This document shows, piece by piece, positions 40,781 through 43,910 of a DNA stretch of 43,910 bases (its first letter is position 1; every line of letters starts with the position of its first letter). This DNA comes from a virus (lineage: Duplodnaviria > Caudoviricetes), in IMG/VR virus record IMGVR_UViG_3300032225_000678, positions 1 to 43,910 of that record. One strand, 5' to 3'. The notes below the pieces were generated by a model, which made no database searches, had not been told where the DNA came from, and was given only the letters and a program-made list of their open reading frames with translations. Position numbers and translations under genes: made by a program.

Positions 40781-42037
40781 ATGGCTCTTGATACTCTGAC
40801 CGGCGCTGCGACTCCTGACCCGGAAGATGATACCGAAACCTACGATCCTGGCGCTCTGGGCTCGCTGCAAAAGCAGTTCTCCGTCATGCGCGAGCGTGAG
40901 ATCGCCAATCGCAACAAGTCTTGGGACGCTATTGCCCAGACCCTTGAGAAGTCACGTCCGTCCAAGTCGGAGATGTGGTTCTCACTTGCGAGCGCATTGG
41001 CCCAGCCCACCAAGACTGGCTCGTTCGGTGAGACGCTCGGCAATGTGTCTCAGACTCTTGGCGAGACCCGCAAGGCTCAACGTGAGTTTGATACGAGCCT
41101 TGCAAAGAACCAGTTCGAGCGCGATCAGGACCTTGCCGAACTTGGGTCGAAGTATGACCTGAAGTCTCTGGACTTGCAGGAGCAGGCGCTCAGGGCGGGT
41201 GTTCCGAAATACCAACAAGTCGCCAACGGCTATCTAAGAATCCTTCCAGGTCAGGCCCCTGAGTATGTCCCTGTCGAGGGGATGCCGAGCAGCAAGGACA
41301 CTTGGCGTGAGGAGACTCGAAACGGGGTTAAGGGACAAGTCAGCAGCAGCGGTGAGTTCAAACCCTATACCGGCGAAGCGTCTGGCCTTCTGTCTCCCCA
41401 ACTTGAGAAGCGCAAACTCGATGCCCTTGACGAACTCTCGGTTCTTGGCGGTGTGAGCGCCGACACTGCGTCTCTTGCCGATGACATCGATAAGGGGCGC
41501 ATAAACTTGAGTCTGTTAGGCAACCTCACATCCGGGGGAGCCAACGCGCTCGGAATTGGTAACGAGGAAACTGCCAAATACGCCACATTCCGAAGCACTC
41601 TTGAGAGACTTCGGAATGACAGCCTTCGTCTCAACAAGGGCGTTCAGACCGAGCCTGACGCCAAACGCGCTTGGGACGAAATGTTTGGTTCTCTCAGTTC
41701 CGAAAAGACAGTTGTCGCCAATCTAAAGCGCATCGAGACGTTAAATCAACGAGCGGCGCAGTTGAAGGGCAAGTCTCTAAATGACATGCTCACCAGCCGT
41801 GGTCATGAGCCTATCGATCTGACTGAGTATAACATTCAGCCAGCCAGTGTCGGTGCTGCGGCGGGCAAGCCGAAACCTAAGCCCAAGGGCGGCGCTCTAA
41901 CTCGTCCCACCCAGAAGTCAGCACCTCAGGCTTCTGCGTCGGCTCCCGTGAAGATCGCCAGCGACGCCGATTACGCCAAACTGCCGAAGGGGACGATCTT
42001 TGTCGGACCCGATGGTGTGAAAAGGACGAAACCCTGA
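40781..42037 (+). CDS. ejection protein (putative)
   Basis: 418 aa, AAGGAG RBS; C-terminal LPKGTIFVGPDG. Confidence 0.7.
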   Translation: MALDTLTGAATPDPEDDTETYDPGALGSLQKQFSVMREREIANRNKSWDAIAQTLEKSRPSKSEMWFSLASALAQPTKTGSFGETLGNVSQTLGETRKAQREFDTSLAKNQFERDQDLAELGSKYDLKSLDLQEQALRAGVPKYQQVANGYLRILPGQAPEYVPVEGMPSSKDTWREETRNGVKGQVSSSGEFKPYTGEASGLLSPQLEKRKLDALDELSVLGGVSADTASLADDIDKGRINLSLLGNLTSGGANALGIGNEETAKYATFRSTLERLRNDSLRLNKGVQTEPDAKRAWDEMFGSLSSEKTVVANLKRIETLNQRAAQLKGKSLNDMLTSRGHEPIDLTEYNIQPASVGAAAGKPKPKPKGGALTRPTQKSAPQASASAPVKIASDADYAKLPKGTIFVGPDGVKRTKP

Positions 42038-43896
42038 TGGGCTGGAAAGACGCTCCGGTAGTCGCTGAACCCTCGTGGAAGTCCGCCCCTGAGGTGAAGT
42101 CCGAGAAACTTACGCGCCCCGTTGCCGATGAGGCGGTGGAGGTTGCAGAGGTTCGCGTCGAGGGTAAGCGTAAACCGAAGTGGTCCGACCTCCCGTCGAA
42201 CATTCCTCGCAGTGCTATGGGTCTGGCCCGCGACACTGCTGAGGCAATCCTTCATCCGATTCAGACTGCCAAATCTGCGGGCAATGTTCTGGCCGGAGCT
42301 ATGCAGCATGTCCGAGACATGTCTCCGAAGGAACTTCAGGGATCGGCCCCTAGAATCGACACGAGCACGGCTGACTTGGCTGCGAAATATCAAATTGAGC
42401 GATACGGTAGTCCCGCCGCCCTGAAGCGGACCATCATCGAAGACCCGGTAGGCTTTGCCGCCGACGCTTCTCTCGTTGTCGGCGCTCCAGGTTCTGTGCT
42501 TTCCAAAGTGGGTGGCACTGTCGGTAAGGTCGGTCAAGTCATGGAGACCGCCTCTAAGGCTATCGACCCCCTCGCTGCAACGGGTCGAGTTGCAAAGGCG
42601 CTTCCCCGTGGCGCAGGCGCTCTAGCGGCTCCGCTGTTGGGTTTCACCTCAACCACATCCCCGGCCATTGTCAGAACGGCCTACGAGACCGGCGTTAAGG
42701 GCGGGAAGTCTGCGAAGGCCTTTACGGGTCAGATGCGGGGTAGCGCCCCTATCGAGAACCTGATCGACGAAGCTCGGGCGGGGGTTGATAAAATCCGTGC
42801 CGACCGTCAGGCAAAATACCTTGAGGAAATGAATGTTGCGAAGGGTCAGGGCGCTGCCTCAGCGACCCCTATCGACTTCGCTCCGATTCAACAAGCCGTC
42901 GCGGATGTGAAGAATCGCGGGGAGTTCAAGGGTAAGCGCATTGATCCTAGCGCCGACTCGGCTTGGGGTAAGATCGACGCCTTCGTTGATGATTGGGCCA
43001 ATTCTGATCCTGCCGAATATCACAGTGTTGAGGGTGTTGATGCTCTGAAAAAAGGTATCAGCAATATCGAGCAGGGGCTTGAGATCAACTCTCCCGCTCG
43101 TAACGCTGCCAAGCAGGTTCGTGTAGCGATCACGGGTGAGATCGCCAAGCAGGCTCCCGCCTATGCTAAGGCTATGGAGTCCTACGAGACTGCCAGCAAT
43201 CTTCTTGAGGATTTGGACAAGAGTCTCGCTGTCGGCAAGAAGGCTGCGATCAACACGACTCTCCGCAAACTGATGACGATCCTCAAAGACGATTCGTCCT
43301 CAGGCTTTGGTAGGAATGCCAAACTCGGTCAAGTCCTCGAAGACAACGGTGCTCATGACCTGAAGGCCATGCTCGCTGGTCGAGCGTTGGAACCTGCCCT
43401 ACCCCTTGGTCTGCGAGGAACCATGTCAGGGCTCGGCGCTCTAACTTACGCCGGATCGACTGGCGTTCCTTGGCTTGGCGCTCCTGCACTTGCCGCTTCG
43501 TCCCCCAGGCTGGTCGGTGAGTTTGCTCATGGGATCGGCACCCTGTCTCGTCCTGCTGTAGCAGCCACCAAGGCCGTCGAAGGGGCTTACAACGCCGTTC
43601 GTCCCGCTCCGCTGGCGGCTGCTCAACTCGGCAATTATCTCCCTGAGCCGAAGGAGAGCGACGATCTGAACGCACTCCTGAGCAAGTATCTCGGCGTCGA
43701 TATTGGTAAGCCTAAGGGTGAAGAACCTAACGCTGACGAAACTGCTGCCGAAGAACCCCAAGCCTCGACCGCCGATCTTCCTGACGTTGACTACTGGGCC
43801 GATCTGATCGGAGACCATGAGGGGACTGGCAAGAACCCCTCGTCTTCGGCTGTCGGACCTTTTCAGTTCGTCAGTGGGACGTTGGCCGAAGTCTAT
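42037..43896 (+). CDS. large ejection protein with the start of a lytic-transglycosylase/lysozyme-like domain (truncated at the contig end)
   Basis: TGATG start MGWKDAPVV...; the in-frame 3' end reads DHEGTGKNPSSSAVGPFQFVSGT (E...NP-SSA-G-QF motif); absent from the ORF track because it has no stop. Confidence 0.75.
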
Positions 43897-43910
43897 AGAT
43901 CGGAAGAGCA
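43897..43910 (+). other. untrimmed Illumina TruSeq adapter (artefact)
   Basis: Terminal AGATCGGAAGAGCA. Confidence 0.9.

Noticed and set aside
1-43910. Integrase, repressor/lysogeny module, DNA polymerase, rRNA or tRNA genes
   Set aside because: None was recognised. The window is a partial genome, so lifestyle cannot be determined.

Overview
A ~44 kb partial genome of a tailed dsDNA phage with a podovirus-like layout: ejection-type proteins are present and no tape-measure or sheath gene is evident. GC richness and the spanins suggest a Gram-negative, probably alphaproteobacterial host (inference). Bases 1-6.7 kb are a minus-strand array of small, translationally coupled genes ending in a Cro-like HTH gene and the 5' end of a probable primase-polymerase. 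At 6.8-7.06 kb a palindrome- and repeat-rich strand-switch region is followed by two AP2-like paralogues and terS. A 2.4 kb insert of promoter/hairpin gene cassettes and a G-tract separates terS from terL. Then come terL, an orphan HicB, portal, a GroES-like co-chaperonin, scaffold, a major capsid gene flanked on both sides by free-standing homing endonucleases, head/tail genes, an embedded lysis cassette, tail fibre/receptor-binding genes and ejection proteins. The contig ends in an untrimmed Illumina adapter. The standout feature is the 275-aa intein in the terL Walker B motif (11086-11910). It has no endonuclease in its own frame, only an S/T-rich linker. The same DNA encodes a complete HNH/Zn-finger endonuclease in the +2 frame (11334-11909), with its own GGAGG Shine-Dalgarno and a TAA stop formed by the intein's terminal His-Asn codons (caT AAc). 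This is a dual-coded intein/homing-endonuclease element. All family assignments come from motif recognition by eye; no database searches were run.
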